Positions 20,977 through 30,843 are shown, numbered from the stretch's first letter. The stretch is DNA of 64,000 bases from an uncultured bacterium (GCA_963727525.1 CAVSGO010000007.1:1760001-1824000), one strand, 5' to 3'. Made by a program: numbers and translations. The notes: generated from the letters alone by a model not told the origin.

Positions 20977-21014
20977 GGCCCTCCGCCGCGAGAGCGGCGA
21001 TATCGCGAATACGT

Positions 21015-21101
21015 GCCCAGGTGGCGGAACTGGTAGACGCGCTACGTTCAGGTCGTAGTGAGGGTAACCTCGTGGGAGTTCGAGTCTCTTCCTGGGCACC
21101 A
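21015..21101 (+). tRNA. tRNA-Leu (CAG)
   Basis: GCCCAGGTGGCGGAACTGGTAGACGCGCTACGTTCAGGTCGTAG, long variable arm, GTTCGAGTC and CCTGGGCACCA. Confidence 0.97.
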
Positions 21102-21108
21102 TGACTTC

Positions 21109-21133
21109 AGCCCGCTTCGGCGGGCTTTTTTTT
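21109..21133 (+). terminator. Rho-independent terminator after tRNA-Leu
   Basis: AGCCCGC-TTCG-GCGGGCT followed by a T-run. Confidence 0.9.
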
Positions 21134-21294
21134 GCCTTATCCTCATCTGACCACATCCTCCTCCACCACACCACCCCGGCATGGGTCCTGCAAGCCAGTC
21201 TGCGAGTCCACAGCCCGAGCCTTCAGTTCACGAATCGGATGCCGAAGACTCGATCAGAGTTACCCTCGCCCGCACAGCACGGCCGGAGGACTGC

Positions 21295-22575
21295 ATGCGC
21301 TGGATCGACATCTCGTTGCCGCCGACGGGCGAATGCCCTGACCTGGACGCCCAGCTCGCGATCGCGCGGGATTTACAGACTTCCCTGAGCGCACTGCAGG
21401 AGCGCGAGGGGCTGGACAGCCCCGCCGTGGTGCAGGCGATGCTGGTTGCCGGCCAGGCGCTGTTCGCCGGGGTGACCAGTCGCGATCCGGAAGCTTTCAA
21501 GCCGGCGTCCGGGCGCGCCGGTGGTCGGGTCCCGGCCTCCCGTCGGCCGGAAGTCGACCGGTTGGACGGATATCACCTCGTCGGCGACGCCACCCAGGTG
21601 GGCCTGCCGTGGCACTGGCTGCACAATGGTGTCGAGTTCCTGCTGGCCCGGTCGCCCATCTGCGCAGGCATCCACGGCTCACGGGTGCCTGAGGCCGATC
21701 CGCCGCGGCTGTGGATGCAGCGGTACAGCGAGGCCCTCTTCGCCCAGGCCGCGGGCGAACGAGGCGTCGGCGCCGGCGAACCCGCCGTCACGCCCGAGAT
21801 CCTCTTCGTGCCTGGCCACGGCGATGACGCGATCCGCCGCCTCATGTTCCGCGAGGCCGACGCCATCGAGACGTCCCTGCGCGGAGGCTTGCGTCCCCTG
21901 GCACGATTGCGCATTCCCGGCGCCGTGACGCCGGGCCTGCTGGCCGCGCGCGCCATGCTCTACCAGGCCCTGCATTTCACCGCGCCGACCAGCCAGGCAC
22001 CGGAGGTCTCGCACGCCGGCGAGAACAGCTGGCTGGCCGGCCTCATCGCGGGCGCCGGCGTGCCGGGTGCCGAGGCCATCGACACCATGGTGGGCATGGA
22101 ACTGGACGTGGTGGGTGTGGATCCCGTGGACGCCGTGCTCGACCACGTGTTCGAGCGTTACGAGCAGCATCCCGAGGGCGTGGCGCGCGCGCGTGAACGC
22201 GGCGCGGCGAACGTGGTCACCGCGGGCCACGCGTGGTTGCTCGACGATGGCCCGGTGCTGCCCGAAAGCCTCGGCCGCGACGGCAACCTGCCACCCTTGG
22301 TGTTCTCCAACAGCTACTGCAGCCTGGGCTGGCTTGGGTCGCGCTTCCTGGCCGCCGGCGCCTCCACCTTCGTGGGCCCCGCGGCGCCGATCTATAGCCG
22401 CCCAGCGCGGCGCTTCGCGGCGCATTTCTACGCGGGCCTGAACGACGGTCTGTGCGCGGGTGCGGCGGTGCAGCAGGCCGCGCTGGCCCTGCGCGGCGAA
22501 CTTGGCGCAGAGCATCCCGGCTGGCTCACCTACGGCCTGATAGGCTACGGCACGCTCGTGCTCGGCTGCCTGTAG
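21295..22575 (+). CDS. CHAT (caspase-HetF)-like domain protein with altered catalytic motifs
   Basis: LPWHWL, ALHF, LVFSN, FLAAGASTFVG, ARRFAAHFYAGL, G...GAAVQQA and W..YGLIG; GGAGG RBS before ATG 21295. Confidence 0.7.
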   Translation: MRWIDISLPPTGECPDLDAQLAIARDLQTSLSALQEREGLDSPAVVQAMLVAGQALFAGVTSRDPEAFKPASGRAGGRVPASRRPEVDRLDGYHLVGDATQVGLPWHWLHNGVEFLLARSPICAGIHGSRVPEADPPRLWMQRYSEALFAQAAGERGVGAGEPAVTPEILFVPGHGDDAIRRLMFREADAIETSLRGGLRPLARLRIPGAVTPGLLAARAMLYQALHFTAPTSQAPEVSHAGENSWLAGLIAGAGVPGAEAIDTMVGMELDVVGVDPVDAVLDHVFERYEQHPEGVARARERGAANVVTAGHAWLLDDGPVLPESLGRDGNLPPLVFSNSYCSLGWLGSRFLAAGASTFVGPAAPIYSRPARRFAAHFYAGLNDGLCAGAAVQQAALALRGELGAEHPGWLTYGLIGYGTLVLGCL

Positions 22576-22583
22576 TCGGCGTT

Positions 22584-23390
22584 TCAGCCCTCGAACTCGC
22601 GGACGATTCCTATCAACTCGTTGTGCACCAGTCCGTTGCTGGCCACGAGGTCGGTACTGCCGGGCCGGTAGGGCTCGCCCCGATGGTCGGTGACGCGGCC
22701 GCCGGCCTCGACCACGAGCAGCAGTCCCGGCGCCACGTCGTACAGCGCCTGTGGCTTGCCCCGGCCGGCAACGAGAGCGTCGAAGCGCCCGGCGGCCAGG
22801 TAGGCCATTTCCAGGGCGATGGTACCCAGCCGGCGCATCTTCATCGAACGCAGCAGGAGGGCCTGGAGCAGAGCCGCGTTCTGGACGAAGCGCCCGCCCT
22901 TCTGGAGCTGGGCGGAGAAGATGCACTCGGCGAAGCTGGCGCGGTCGCTCACGTGCGCCGGTTCGCCGTTGCGGCGGCAGCCATGACCCTTCACGGCGGT
23001 GAAGCACTCGTCGGTGAGAGTGGCGTAGACGCAGGCGGCAACCACCTCATCACCGTCCATGAGCGCGAAGCTGGTACAGAACGTGGGCAAGCCGAGGGCG
23101 AAGTTCAGGGTGCCATCGATGGGATCGAGGTGCCACACGCGCCCACCCTGGGCCGCCTCGGCGTCGGCGCCGAACTCCTCGCCGCTCACGGCATCGTCGG
23201 GGAACGCAGCCCGGATCCGCTGGCGCAGGAGCGTTTCGATCTCGCGGTCGGCGTCGGTGACGGCCTCGCGGGCGTACTTGAACTGCAGGGGTCCGGTACG
23301 CAGGAAGCGGTCGCGGGCGATCGCGGCGGCCTCGAGGGCCCAGCCGTGCATGGTGGCCTCGAGGGAGGCCGGGTCGAATCCGGGGGTCAT
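22584..23390 (-). CDS. Inositol monophosphatase family protein
   Basis: VTDADREIE, GEE, WHLDPIDGTLNF, RRLG and YDVAPG..LVVEAGG.VTD. Confidence 0.92.
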   Translation of the reverse strand: MTPGFDPASLEATMHGWALEAAAIARDRFLRTGPLQFKYAREAVTDADREIETLLRQRIRAAFPDDAVSGEEFGADAEAAQGGRVWHLDPIDGTLNFALGLPTFCTSFALMDGDEVVAACVYATLTDECFTAVKGHGCRRNGEPAHVSDRASFAECIFSAQLQKGGRFVQNAALLQALLLRSMKMRRLGTIALEMAYLAAGRFDALVAGRGKPQALYDVAPGLLLVVEAGGRVTDHRGEPYRPGSTDLVASNGLVHNELIGIVREFEG

Positions 23391-23444
23391 CGCGAGTCCT
23401 TTCGAGTTGGATCACCTGGCATGATGGCGGCACCTCGAGCCGGA

Positions 23445-23473
23445 TGCAACCCGGAGGGCGTCCCCTGCGTCTC
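23445..23473 (+). promoter_or_regulatory. Putative ECF-type promoter of the phosphatase-TPR operon
   Basis: TGCAACC-N16-CGTCTC. Confidence 0.45.
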
Positions 23474-23595
23474 TAGACAGTCTATACCCTGGGCGCCGGT
23501 TCTCGTCTAGTCGCACGCGCGAATCCGGCGTATCCTGAACCGATGCACCGCGATCGGTGCCTGATGACACCCACACCGGGACGCATGGAACGATC

Positions 23596-26208
23596 ATGCC
23601 AGCCGATTCCACGGCCGACAACTTGATCCAGAGGCTGAGCCACGCGCTGTTCGCCCGCGCAACGTTCCTCGGCCTTGGCGTGCTGGCCGTGTCCTACTGC
23701 GTATTCGCGGGTATCGATGCCACGAAGGTGCGGCCCAACGACGGCACCGTGTGGCTGCTCGGCCGGTCGATCCCCGAGGTGCTCGACGTGCCGCCCCGCA
23801 TCGAGGGGCCGACCACGCCCCTGCGCAAGGGCGACCGGATCCTCGGCATCGCGAACTGGATCGTGCGCGACCCGCGCGAAGCGGCGGAGCGGCTCAAGAA
23901 GCAGCGTCCCGGCACCACTGTCACCTACTACATCGAACGCGACGGCGAGCAGATGAACGTGGAGGTGCCGCTCACGGGCTTCCGCGTGGTCGACCGCTGG
24001 TATCTGATGAACGTGGTGCTGGCACTGGTCTATCTCGGGATCGGTTTCCTGGTGTACACCAAGAGCCAGAACGACCGGCCGGCACGGCTGTTCTTCCTGC
24101 TGTGCCTCACGTTCGGCGTATACTTCATGACCAACCTCGAGCGGTCGAGCTACTTCTGGGGTGACATCATCACGCGCAACGGCGGCGCGCTTGCTCGCTT
24201 CCTGCTGCCGGCGTTCTTCCTGCAATTCTTCCTGCTCTTCCCGGAGAAGAAGCGCTACCTGACGCGGCATCCGTTCCTGTCGCCCCTGGTGTATCTGCTG
24301 CCGGTGATGTTCTACATGCGCTTCACCATGGACCAGTTCTTCGGCGATCGCGGCGCGCGACTCGACGCGGTGACGTGGATGATCCTGGGCTGCTTCTACG
24401 TGGCCGGCATGGTGGCTCTGCTGCACAGCTATCTCAGCTACCGCGATCCCCTGCTGCGCGAACGGGTGCGCATCCTCACCTGGGGCACGCTCGTTGCCGT
24501 ACTGCCGTTCCTGGTCTTCAAGATCGGGCTCGAGGAGATCACCGAGCACAGCGAGCTGGCGCAGTTCGGGGTGATCCCGCTGGTGGCCATCCCGGTGTCG
24601 TTCGGCTATTGCGTGGCGCGCTACCAGGTGATGCAGATCGACTTCCTGGTGAAGCGCAGCCTCCTCTACAGTGTGCTACGGGCGGTGCTGCTGGCGGCAT
24701 TCCTCGGGGCGGTGCTCTGGCTCGGCGAGCAGGTGCTCTCCCTCGCCGCGTGGGACAATCCACTGGTGGCCGTGGGAGTGACGCTGGGCATCGCCGCCCT
24801 CCTGTGGCCGGCGCGCAACCACCTGCAGCGCCTGCTCGAGAACCGTTTCTATCGATCGCGCGCCAATCTGGCGGTGCTGCTCGAACAGTTCAGCCGGGAG
24901 ATCCCGCGCCTCATCCAGAGGCAAGCCCTGCTCGACCACGTGGGCAGCGGACTGCAGGACGCCCTCGACCTGCCCGGCATATGGATGTACCTCGCGCACC
25001 GCAGCGAGGGCGAACCGGCTTGGCGTCTGGCATGGCAGTCGGACCCGTCGGGGCCCGGGGCCGTGCGCGCCCGGGAGATGCCGGCAGAGGTGCCGCTGGC
25101 CGCGACGATGAAGGTGATCCACGAGCGCCGCGAACCATTCTGGATCGACCGCACCGCGGCGCTCCCCCTCGAGGGGCACCAGGCCATCACACGCGAGCAG
25201 GCCGAACTGGCGGCGCGGCAGTGGGAGCAGCGTCTGCTGGCGGAGGCCGGTGTGGAGCTGCTGGTGCCCATGGCCACCGGCGACCGCGTGGTGGGACTCC
25301 TGGTGTTGCCGGCGCGGCAGGGTGGCGAGTCCTACCAACTCCACGAGATGCAGCTCCTGACGATCGTGGCCGGTCAAGCGGCCATGCAGCTCGAGAACAC
25401 GCGCCTCTACGAGGAGGAGGTGGCGAAGCAGAAGCTCGAGGAGGAGATGACGCTCGCGCGCGCCATCCAGAGCCGCCTGTTGCCCGGCACGCTGCCGGTG
25501 TTCACGGGCATCGAGATCGACGCCGTCAACCTGTCGAGCAAGCTGGTCTCCGGCGACTACTACGACATGATCTCGCGCAGCGACGGCCAGCTCGCCATCG
25601 CCATCGCCGACGTCAGCGGCAAGGGTATGCCGGCGTCGCTGCTGGCGTCGAATCTGCAGGCGGCATTGCGCGCACAGTGCGACATCTGCGACAAGCCGGG
25701 CCTGATTCTCGAACGGATCAACCGTCAGCTCCATGCGGCTACCGACCCCATGCACTTCGCGACCTTGTTCCTGGCCTTCTTCGATCCGCGGACGCGCCGC
25801 ATCCTCTACAGCTCCGGGGGGCACAACGCGCCGCTCGTGCTGCGGGCCGACGGCACCATCGAGGCGCTCGTGGAAGGCGGGCTCCCCCTCGGTGCGTTCG
25901 ACTTCGGCAGCTACGAGGAAGGGGAGATCACGCTCGAGCAGGGCGACCTCTTCTTCCTCTACACCGACGGCCTGACCGAGACCAAGAGCCCCGACCAGGA
26001 AGACGAGTTCGGTGAGGAGCGCCTCAACGGATTCCTGCGCGAGCACAGCGCGCTCACCGTGAACGCGCTGATCGCCGAGCTGGATACCGAACTGCAACGA
26101 TTCCGCGGCCGACGCGAGGCCGAGGACGACATCACGCTGATCGGCCTGAGGATTGCGGCGGCGGCGGCCGTCGTGACGCAGCCGACGGCGGGAGCCGAAT
26201 CGTCGTGA
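23596..26208 (+). CDS. Membrane PP2C/SpoIIE (RsbU-like) phosphatase with PDZ, multi-TM and GAF-like domains
   Basis: PDZ LRKGDRILGI, many TM helices, GAF LLVPM...VVGLL, and SpoIIE VSGDYYD, DVSGKG, GGHN, YTDGL, DDITL. Start at 23557 or 23596. Confidence 0.9.
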   Translation: MPADSTADNLIQRLSHALFARATFLGLGVLAVSYCVFAGIDATKVRPNDGTVWLLGRSIPEVLDVPPRIEGPTTPLRKGDRILGIANWIVRDPREAAERLKKQRPGTTVTYYIERDGEQMNVEVPLTGFRVVDRWYLMNVVLALVYLGIGFLVYTKSQNDRPARLFFLLCLTFGVYFMTNLERSSYFWGDIITRNGGALARFLLPAFFLQFFLLFPEKKRYLTRHPFLSPLVYLLPVMFYMRFTMDQFFGDRGARLDAVTWMILGCFYVAGMVALLHSYLSYRDPLLRERVRILTWGTLVAVLPFLVFKIGLEEITEHSELAQFGVIPLVAIPVSFGYCVARYQVMQIDFLVKRSLLYSVLRAVLLAAFLGAVLWLGEQVLSLAAWDNPLVAVGVTLGIAALLWPARNHLQRLLENRFYRSRANLAVLLEQFSREIPRLIQRQALLDHVGSGLQDALDLPGIWMYLAHRSEGEPAWRLAWQSDPSGPGAVRAREMPAEVPLAATMKVIHERREPFWIDRTAALPLEGHQAITREQAELAARQWEQRLLAEAGVELLVPMATGDRVVGLLVLPARQGGESYQLHEMQLLTIVAGQAAMQLENTRLYEEEVAKQKLEEEMTLARAIQSRLLPGTLPVFTGIEIDAVNLSSKLVSGDYYDMISRSDGQLAIAIADVSGKGMPASLLASNLQAALRAQCDICDKPGLILERINRQLHAATDPMHFATLFLAFFDPRTRRILYSSGGHNAPLVLRADGTIEALVEGGLPLGAFDFGSYEEGEITLEQGDLFFLYTDGLTETKSPDQEDEFGEERLNGFLREHSALTVNALIAELDTELQRFRGRREAEDDITLIGLRIAAAAAVVTQPTAGAESS

Positions 26209-26239
26209 AGTACACGACGTCCGGCGAAGGAGAACACCC

Positions 26240-27727
26240 GTGAAGAAGATCGTGCCCTGGATCGTCGTCGCCATCGTGCTCATCGCCGTCGGGTTGGTGA
26301 GCGGACGCCTCCGCGGCGGCGTGCGCCTGACCGACGATAAGGTGGCCGCCGAAGCGTACGAGGAGGGCAACGCCCAGCTCGTGGCCATGCAGCTCGGCAA
26401 GGCCGAGGTGAACCTGCGGCGTGCCGTCACCCTGGATCCGGGCTTCGCCATGGCCCACGCCGCCCTCGCCCACCTTCTGAGCCGCAGCGGCATGCAGGAC
26501 CAGTCGAAGCAAGAACTGGCGATCGCCGACAGCCTGTCGGCCGGCATGGATGACACGCTCGCCCGGTTGCTGGTGCAGGTGCGCCTCAGCAGCTCCTATT
26601 ACTCTCGCTACCATACCAGCGCCGACTCGCTCCTCGCCGCCGGCGAGAAGATCGATCCCAACCAGCTCATCTTCCTGGTGGCCAAGGCCGAGCGCGCCGG
26701 CCAGCGCGACGATCGCGACACCGTGGAGCGCGTATGGAAGCACGTGCTCGATCTCAATCCCAACTATGCCGCGGCCTACAACAGCCTCGGGTACCTCTAC
26801 TTCAACGAGGGGCGCTACGAGGACGCCAAGAATGCCATGCACAAGTATGCCTTCGTGGCGCCGGACCTGGCGAACCCGCACGACTCTCTCGGCGAGGTGC
26901 TCATGACGGTGGGCGAATACGAGGACGCGGAGCACGAGTTCAAGCTGGCCCTGCAGAAGCAGTCCGACTTCTTCTGGTCGCTCGTGAACCTGGGCCACGT
27001 CTATCTCGAGCGAGGCGAGATCACGCGCGGTCTCGCGCTGCTCGATCAGGTGAGCGCCAAGATCGAGGGCACCTCGTGGGAACGCGCCGTCGCGGCCCGC
27101 GTGATCCACTCCCTGTACGCGGCCGACATGAAGGACGACCTCGGCCGCTACACGCAGCGGTTCATCGCGAAATTCCCCGACGACCAGCGCACCCCGTTCT
27201 ACCGGGCGATGATCATGATGTACACCGGACGCTTCGACGCGGGCGCGGCCGTCATCGACTCCGCGCTGGACGTGGCCGCCAGCAAGCTGGACGACCAGGA
27301 CGGCAATGGTCCCCGCACGATGCTGGAAGCAAATCGCCTCTTGTTTGCCGGGGCGCTAGCCGCGGCCCAGGGCGACACGGCTTCGGCCGCGACGGATTTC
27401 ACGGAGATGCTCGCCATGCAGCAGAATCGCCCACCGCACGAGCTGATCTCCGAGCGCGTGCGCCTGGCCGGGTACCTGCACTCGCTGCGGCGTGACGCGG
27501 AGGCGAAGACCCAGCTCGAACAGGTCTTCGCCATCAATCCCCGCACGTGCTCCGCGCTGGCGCTGGCGGTCGACGTGAATCTGGCGCTAGGCGACCGCGT
27601 GGCCGCCGTGACGTTCCTGGATCTGCTGGAGCGGGCCACCGCGCTCGCTGACGCGGACTATCCGCCGCGCGAGCGCGCCCAGGCCTTGCGGGCACGTCTG
27701 GGGACCTCGGAGCGCGCGGCGCGCTGA
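26240..27727 (+). CDS. Tetratricopeptide repeat protein, N-terminally anchored
   Basis: TPRs LDPGFAMAHAALA, LNPNYAAAYNSLGY and NPHDSLGE; AAGGAG RBS with GTG start. Confidence 0.85.
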   Translation: MKKIVPWIVVAIVLIAVGLVSGRLRGGVRLTDDKVAAEAYEEGNAQLVAMQLGKAEVNLRRAVTLDPGFAMAHAALAHLLSRSGMQDQSKQELAIADSLSAGMDDTLARLLVQVRLSSSYYSRYHTSADSLLAAGEKIDPNQLIFLVAKAERAGQRDDRDTVERVWKHVLDLNPNYAAAYNSLGYLYFNEGRYEDAKNAMHKYAFVAPDLANPHDSLGEVLMTVGEYEDAEHEFKLALQKQSDFFWSLVNLGHVYLERGEITRGLALLDQVSAKIEGTSWERAVAARVIHSLYAADMKDDLGRYTQRFIAKFPDDQRTPFYRAMIMMYTGRFDAGAAVIDSALDVAASKLDDQDGNGPRTMLEANRLLFAGALAAAQGDTASAATDFTEMLAMQQNRPPHELISERVRLAGYLHSLRRDAEAKTQLEQVFAINPRTCSALALAVDVNLALGDRVAAVTFLDLLERATALADADYPPRERAQALRARLGTSERAAR

Positions 27728-27745
27728 CGGGCGAGAATGTCCGGG

Positions 27746-29113
27746 CTACGCCAGGACCACCGGCTCGATCCGGCTCACCATGGGATGTTCGGGGAACTTC
27801 TCGGTGACGGTACGGCGCCAGCTCTGGGCATTGTCGTGGAACCCCAGGTCTTCCATGAGATCGGTGCCGCGCACCCACGCGCGGTGGTTCCACTCGTTGG
27901 CCGTCACGGCGCGCAGGTACAGCTTGAGTGCGCGCTTGCGATCGCCAGCGTAACGTGCGCATTCCGCCAGCCCGAGCCAGGCGAACGAGTAGTCCCCGTC
28001 GATTCCGAGGGCCTGTTCGAAGTACTCCGACGCCAGGCTGACGGCACCGTCCGCCAGCGCCACCTCGCCGAGGTGCCGCAGCGGATAGAGCGTCCGGATG
28101 CGGGTGTCGCCTGCGGTGCGCACCTCCGGCGTGGAACGCAGCTCATCGAGGTCGCGACGTGCGGCGCAGATGAGCTTCTCCCGGGACGCCCCTGCGGGCG
28201 CCGACTCGAGCTGCGCGACGAGTGCGGCGGCCGCCTGCAGGAGGATATGCGGTCGCGGACCCCAGACCGCGCGGGCCTGCTCGATCACCTCGCGAGCCGC
28301 GTCGGGCCGGTCGCAGGCCACGAGGCACGAGGCCAGGTTCGCCGCCAGATACTCGCCGAAGATGAGAAGCTTGCGCCGCACCAGAGGTTCGGCCCGCAGC
28401 AGGCGCCAGGCCGACTCGAGATACTGCCGGCTGGACCCGAGGCCGGCCGTCGGCAGCACGTCCTCGTCGAGCTTCATGAGCGTATCGTTGGCGAGCTGAA
28501 ACTGGAAGTACAGCTCTTCGGGATAGGCCGCCGCGAGCTTGCGAAGCAGGCGTAGATTGCGGTCGTGCTTCTGGATGCGCTGGTCGCCCTCGAGTCCGCC
28601 GTGCACGATGACCAGCGGCGAGTCGGCCACCGTCATCGCCTCCTCGGCGCCCACCGCCGAGAGTGTGGGCAGGATCTGTTCGTGAACCGGATACCAGTAG
28701 CGCACGGAGGGATGATTGCGGAAGAGGCGCACCGACGGTACCGCCTGCGTGACGAGGTGGCCCCCCGGCGTGGACGTATGCACGCGGTAGCCGATCACGT
28801 GCCGCTCGTGCAGGAGCCGCTGGAATTCCACCGGCCGCAGGCTCTGGAGCTGCTCGTCGGTGTCCAGGACCAGGATCCAGTCGCAGGTGGCCTCGGCAAG
28901 CGCGAGGTTGCGCGCTGCCGCGAAGTCGTCTTGCCAGCGATGGTCGAGGACGCGCGCCCCGTAACCCTCCGCGATGATGCGCGTGTTGTCGCGCGACCCG
29001 GTATCGACGACGATGATCTCGTCCACGAGGGCCAACGTGGACTTGATCGCTCTGCCGATGGATGCCTCCTCGTCGCGAGCGATCATGCAGAGGCTGACAG
29101 TCTTGCGCTTCAT
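27746..29113 (-). CDS. GT2 glycosyltransferase with C-terminal TPRs (GmaR-like architecture)
   Basis: SLCMIARDEE, VDTGSRD, WQDDFAAARN, LDTDE (DxD), RLFRN and VHEQI; TPR-like C-terminus. Confidence 0.9.
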   Translation of the reverse strand: MKRKTVSLCMIARDEEASIGRAIKSTLALVDEIIVVDTGSRDNTRIIAEGYGARVLDHRWQDDFAAARNLALAEATCDWILVLDTDEQLQSLRPVEFQRLLHERHVIGYRVHTSTPGGHLVTQAVPSVRLFRNHPSVRYWYPVHEQILPTLSAVGAEEAMTVADSPLVIVHGGLEGDQRIQKHDRNLRLLRKLAAAYPEELYFQFQLANDTLMKLDEDVLPTAGLGSSRQYLESAWRLLRAEPLVRRKLLIFGEYLAANLASCLVACDRPDAAREVIEQARAVWGPRPHILLQAAAALVAQLESAPAGASREKLICAARRDLDELRSTPEVRTAGDTRIRTLYPLRHLGEVALADGAVSLASEYFEQALGIDGDYSFAWLGLAECARYAGDRKRALKLYLRAVTANEWNHRAWVRGTDLMEDLGFHDNAQSWRRTVTEKFPEHPMVSRIEPVVLA

Positions 29114-29154
29114 GCGTACCGGAGTTCCTTGGTCGGGTGACAGGCTCCCCCCGG

Positions 29155-29181
29155 TTATCGGCTCCCGGCCGCCCCGGTTTA
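29155..29181 (-). promoter_or_regulatory. Sigma-28 (FliA/SigD/WhiG-type) promoter
   Basis: Minus strand TAAA-N15-GCCGATAA, an exact consensus match about 40 nt upstream of the GT2 start. Confidence 0.75.
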
Positions 29182-29272
29182 GCCCGCCGGACGCGGGCTT
29201 GCCGCGCCTTGCCGCGCGGGCGATCATGGTCGAGCGCCGCAGACCGCCCCACAGCGCAGGAGGAAGCCCGCG

Positions 29273-29767
29273 ATGCCCGGACCCGACGGCCACGCGCCCA
29301 TCTTCGGATTGCTCGACAACATCCGCAGCGCCTGGAATGTGGGCGCGATGTTCCGTACGGCCGACGCGGCGGGCCTGGCGGGCCTGGTGCTCTGCGGCGT
29401 CACCGCGACCCCGCCGCGGCCGGATATCGAGAAGACCGCGCTGGGCGCCAGCCTCACCGTCCCCTGGGACTACTGGACCGACTCGGCGGCGGCCGTCCAC
29501 CACCTCCAGGGCAAGGGCGTGCAGGTGGTGGCTCTGGAGCTGGCGGAGCGGGCGCATCCCTTCGACGCCTTCGCCTATCGTTTCCCGGTATGCTTCGTCG
29601 TGGGCCACGAGGTGAGCGGCGTCCGCGCCGAGGTGCTCGAACTCGCCGACGCGACGGTGGCCATCCCCATGCACGGGCTCAAGCAATCGCTGAACGTGGC
29701 CGTGAGCTTCGGTATCATGGCCTATACCGTCCGGCGGGCGTGGGCGTCATCGACCTACCAGGGCTGA
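29273..29767 (+). CDS. TrmH/SpoU family RNA methyltransferase
   Basis: LDNIRSAWNVGAMFRTAD, VGHEVSGV and IPMHGLKQSLNVAV. Confidence 0.92.
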   Translation: MPGPDGHAPIFGLLDNIRSAWNVGAMFRTADAAGLAGLVLCGVTATPPRPDIEKTALGASLTVPWDYWTDSAAAVHHLQGKGVQVVALELAERAHPFDAFAYRFPVCFVVGHEVSGVRAEVLELADATVAIPMHGLKQSLNVAVSFGIMAYTVRRAWASSTYQG

Positions 29768-30843
29768 TATTCGAGGAGCTGGGTGTAGGCGCGCACGAGA
29801 TGGTTGCTCGACGCGCATAGCCGTGCCGCCGCCACGGTGCGGTACACCGCGCTACGGCCGATCTTCACCCGCGCGTGCGACGGGAAGTCGGCGGAGCTCT
29901 CGGCGGCGCGCAGCGTGCGCACCGCCAGGAAGACGGGTACCAGGCAGAACAGCCGGATCTGGTACTCCACCCGCGGCACCAGCTCGCAGTACTGCAGCGC
30001 GTCCTCGAGATGGCTGCGCGCCTTGCCGATAAGGCGCCCCATCACTGCCCGCGCCTTCTGCCGCGTGGCGGGCGCGAGCAGATCTTCCACAGCGAGTCCC
30101 TCGCGCAGGCACAGCTCGTCCGGCACATACGACACGCCCCGCGACTGATCCTGGCCGGTGTCGACGATGATGTTGGTGAGCTGCAGGCCCGAACCGAAGC
30201 TCTCGGCCAGCGCATCGAGCCGGGACAGCCGATCCGACTGGCCGCGGAGACGGCGATAGCCGAAGAGTCCCGTCAGCAGATGGCCGACGGTGCCGGCCAC
30301 GACGTAGCAATAGCGGTCGAGTTCGGTCTCGGTGGCGAGGGTCCGCAGGACCGGCCCATTCTCCGCAATTCCCCGGGGCCCCGCACCCGCGGGCCCCTGC
30401 AGCCGTTGTTGCGCGAAGTCTCCCATACCCTGACACATCTCCTGGACCCAGGGCACCACCACGGCACGCAGATCGGCCGGGAGCTGCTCGAACACTCCCA
30501 GAACCCGTCCGGCGCTGGCGGCCAGCCTCGCCTCGGCGCCATCGAGCTGTGCAAAGGCCTCGGCTAGTTCCGGGACCGGCGTACGCGGCGTGGTGAGTGC
30601 TTCGGACAGGCAGTCGAGCAGGGCGCGCTTGCGGGAGGCGTCGAGGCCGGGCGTGTCCTCGATCGTGTCGGCGATCCGGCAAAGCAGATAGCTCAGCAGA
30701 ACGGGCTGCTGCAGATCTGTGGGCAGAAAGCGGATGCACAGGGCGAACGTCCGCGACACCCGCGGCAGCATGAGTTCACACCAGAGCTGGTCGTCGACCG
30801 GCCGGCCGTCGGCCGGGTTGTCGTATGGTCTCGCCTCGCGCAC
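29755..30843 (-). CDS. Squalene/phytoene synthase family protein
   Basis: VSRTFAL, YLLCRIADTIED, YCYVVAGTVG and GLQLTNIIVDTGQD..RGVSYVP; start uncertain. Confidence 0.88.
   Translation of the reverse strand: MREARPYDNPADGRPVDDQLWCELMLPRVSRTFALCIRFLPTDLQQPVLLSYLLCRIADTIEDTPGLDASRKRALLDCLSEALTTPRTPVPELAEAFAQLDGAEARLAASAGRVLGVFEQLPADLRAVVVPWVQEMCQGMGDFAQQRLQGPAGAGPRGIAENGPVLRTLATETELDRYCYVVAGTVGHLLTGLFGYRRLRGQSDRLSRLDALAESFGSGLQLTNIIVDTGQDQSRGVSYVPDELCLREGLAVEDLLAPATRQKARAVMGRLIGKARSHLEDALQYCELVPRVEYQIRLFCLVPVFLAVRTLRAAESSADFPSHARVKIGRSAVYRTVAAARLCASSNHLVRAYTQLLEYQPW

Noticed and set aside
20860-21015. Possible tmRNA next to smpB
   Set aside because: The interval is too short and contains only a promoter leading to tRNA-Leu; there are no ssrA-type ends.
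21015-23400. Genomic island integrated at tRNA-Leu
   Set aside because: No integrase, no duplicated tRNA 3' end and no obvious compositional shift.
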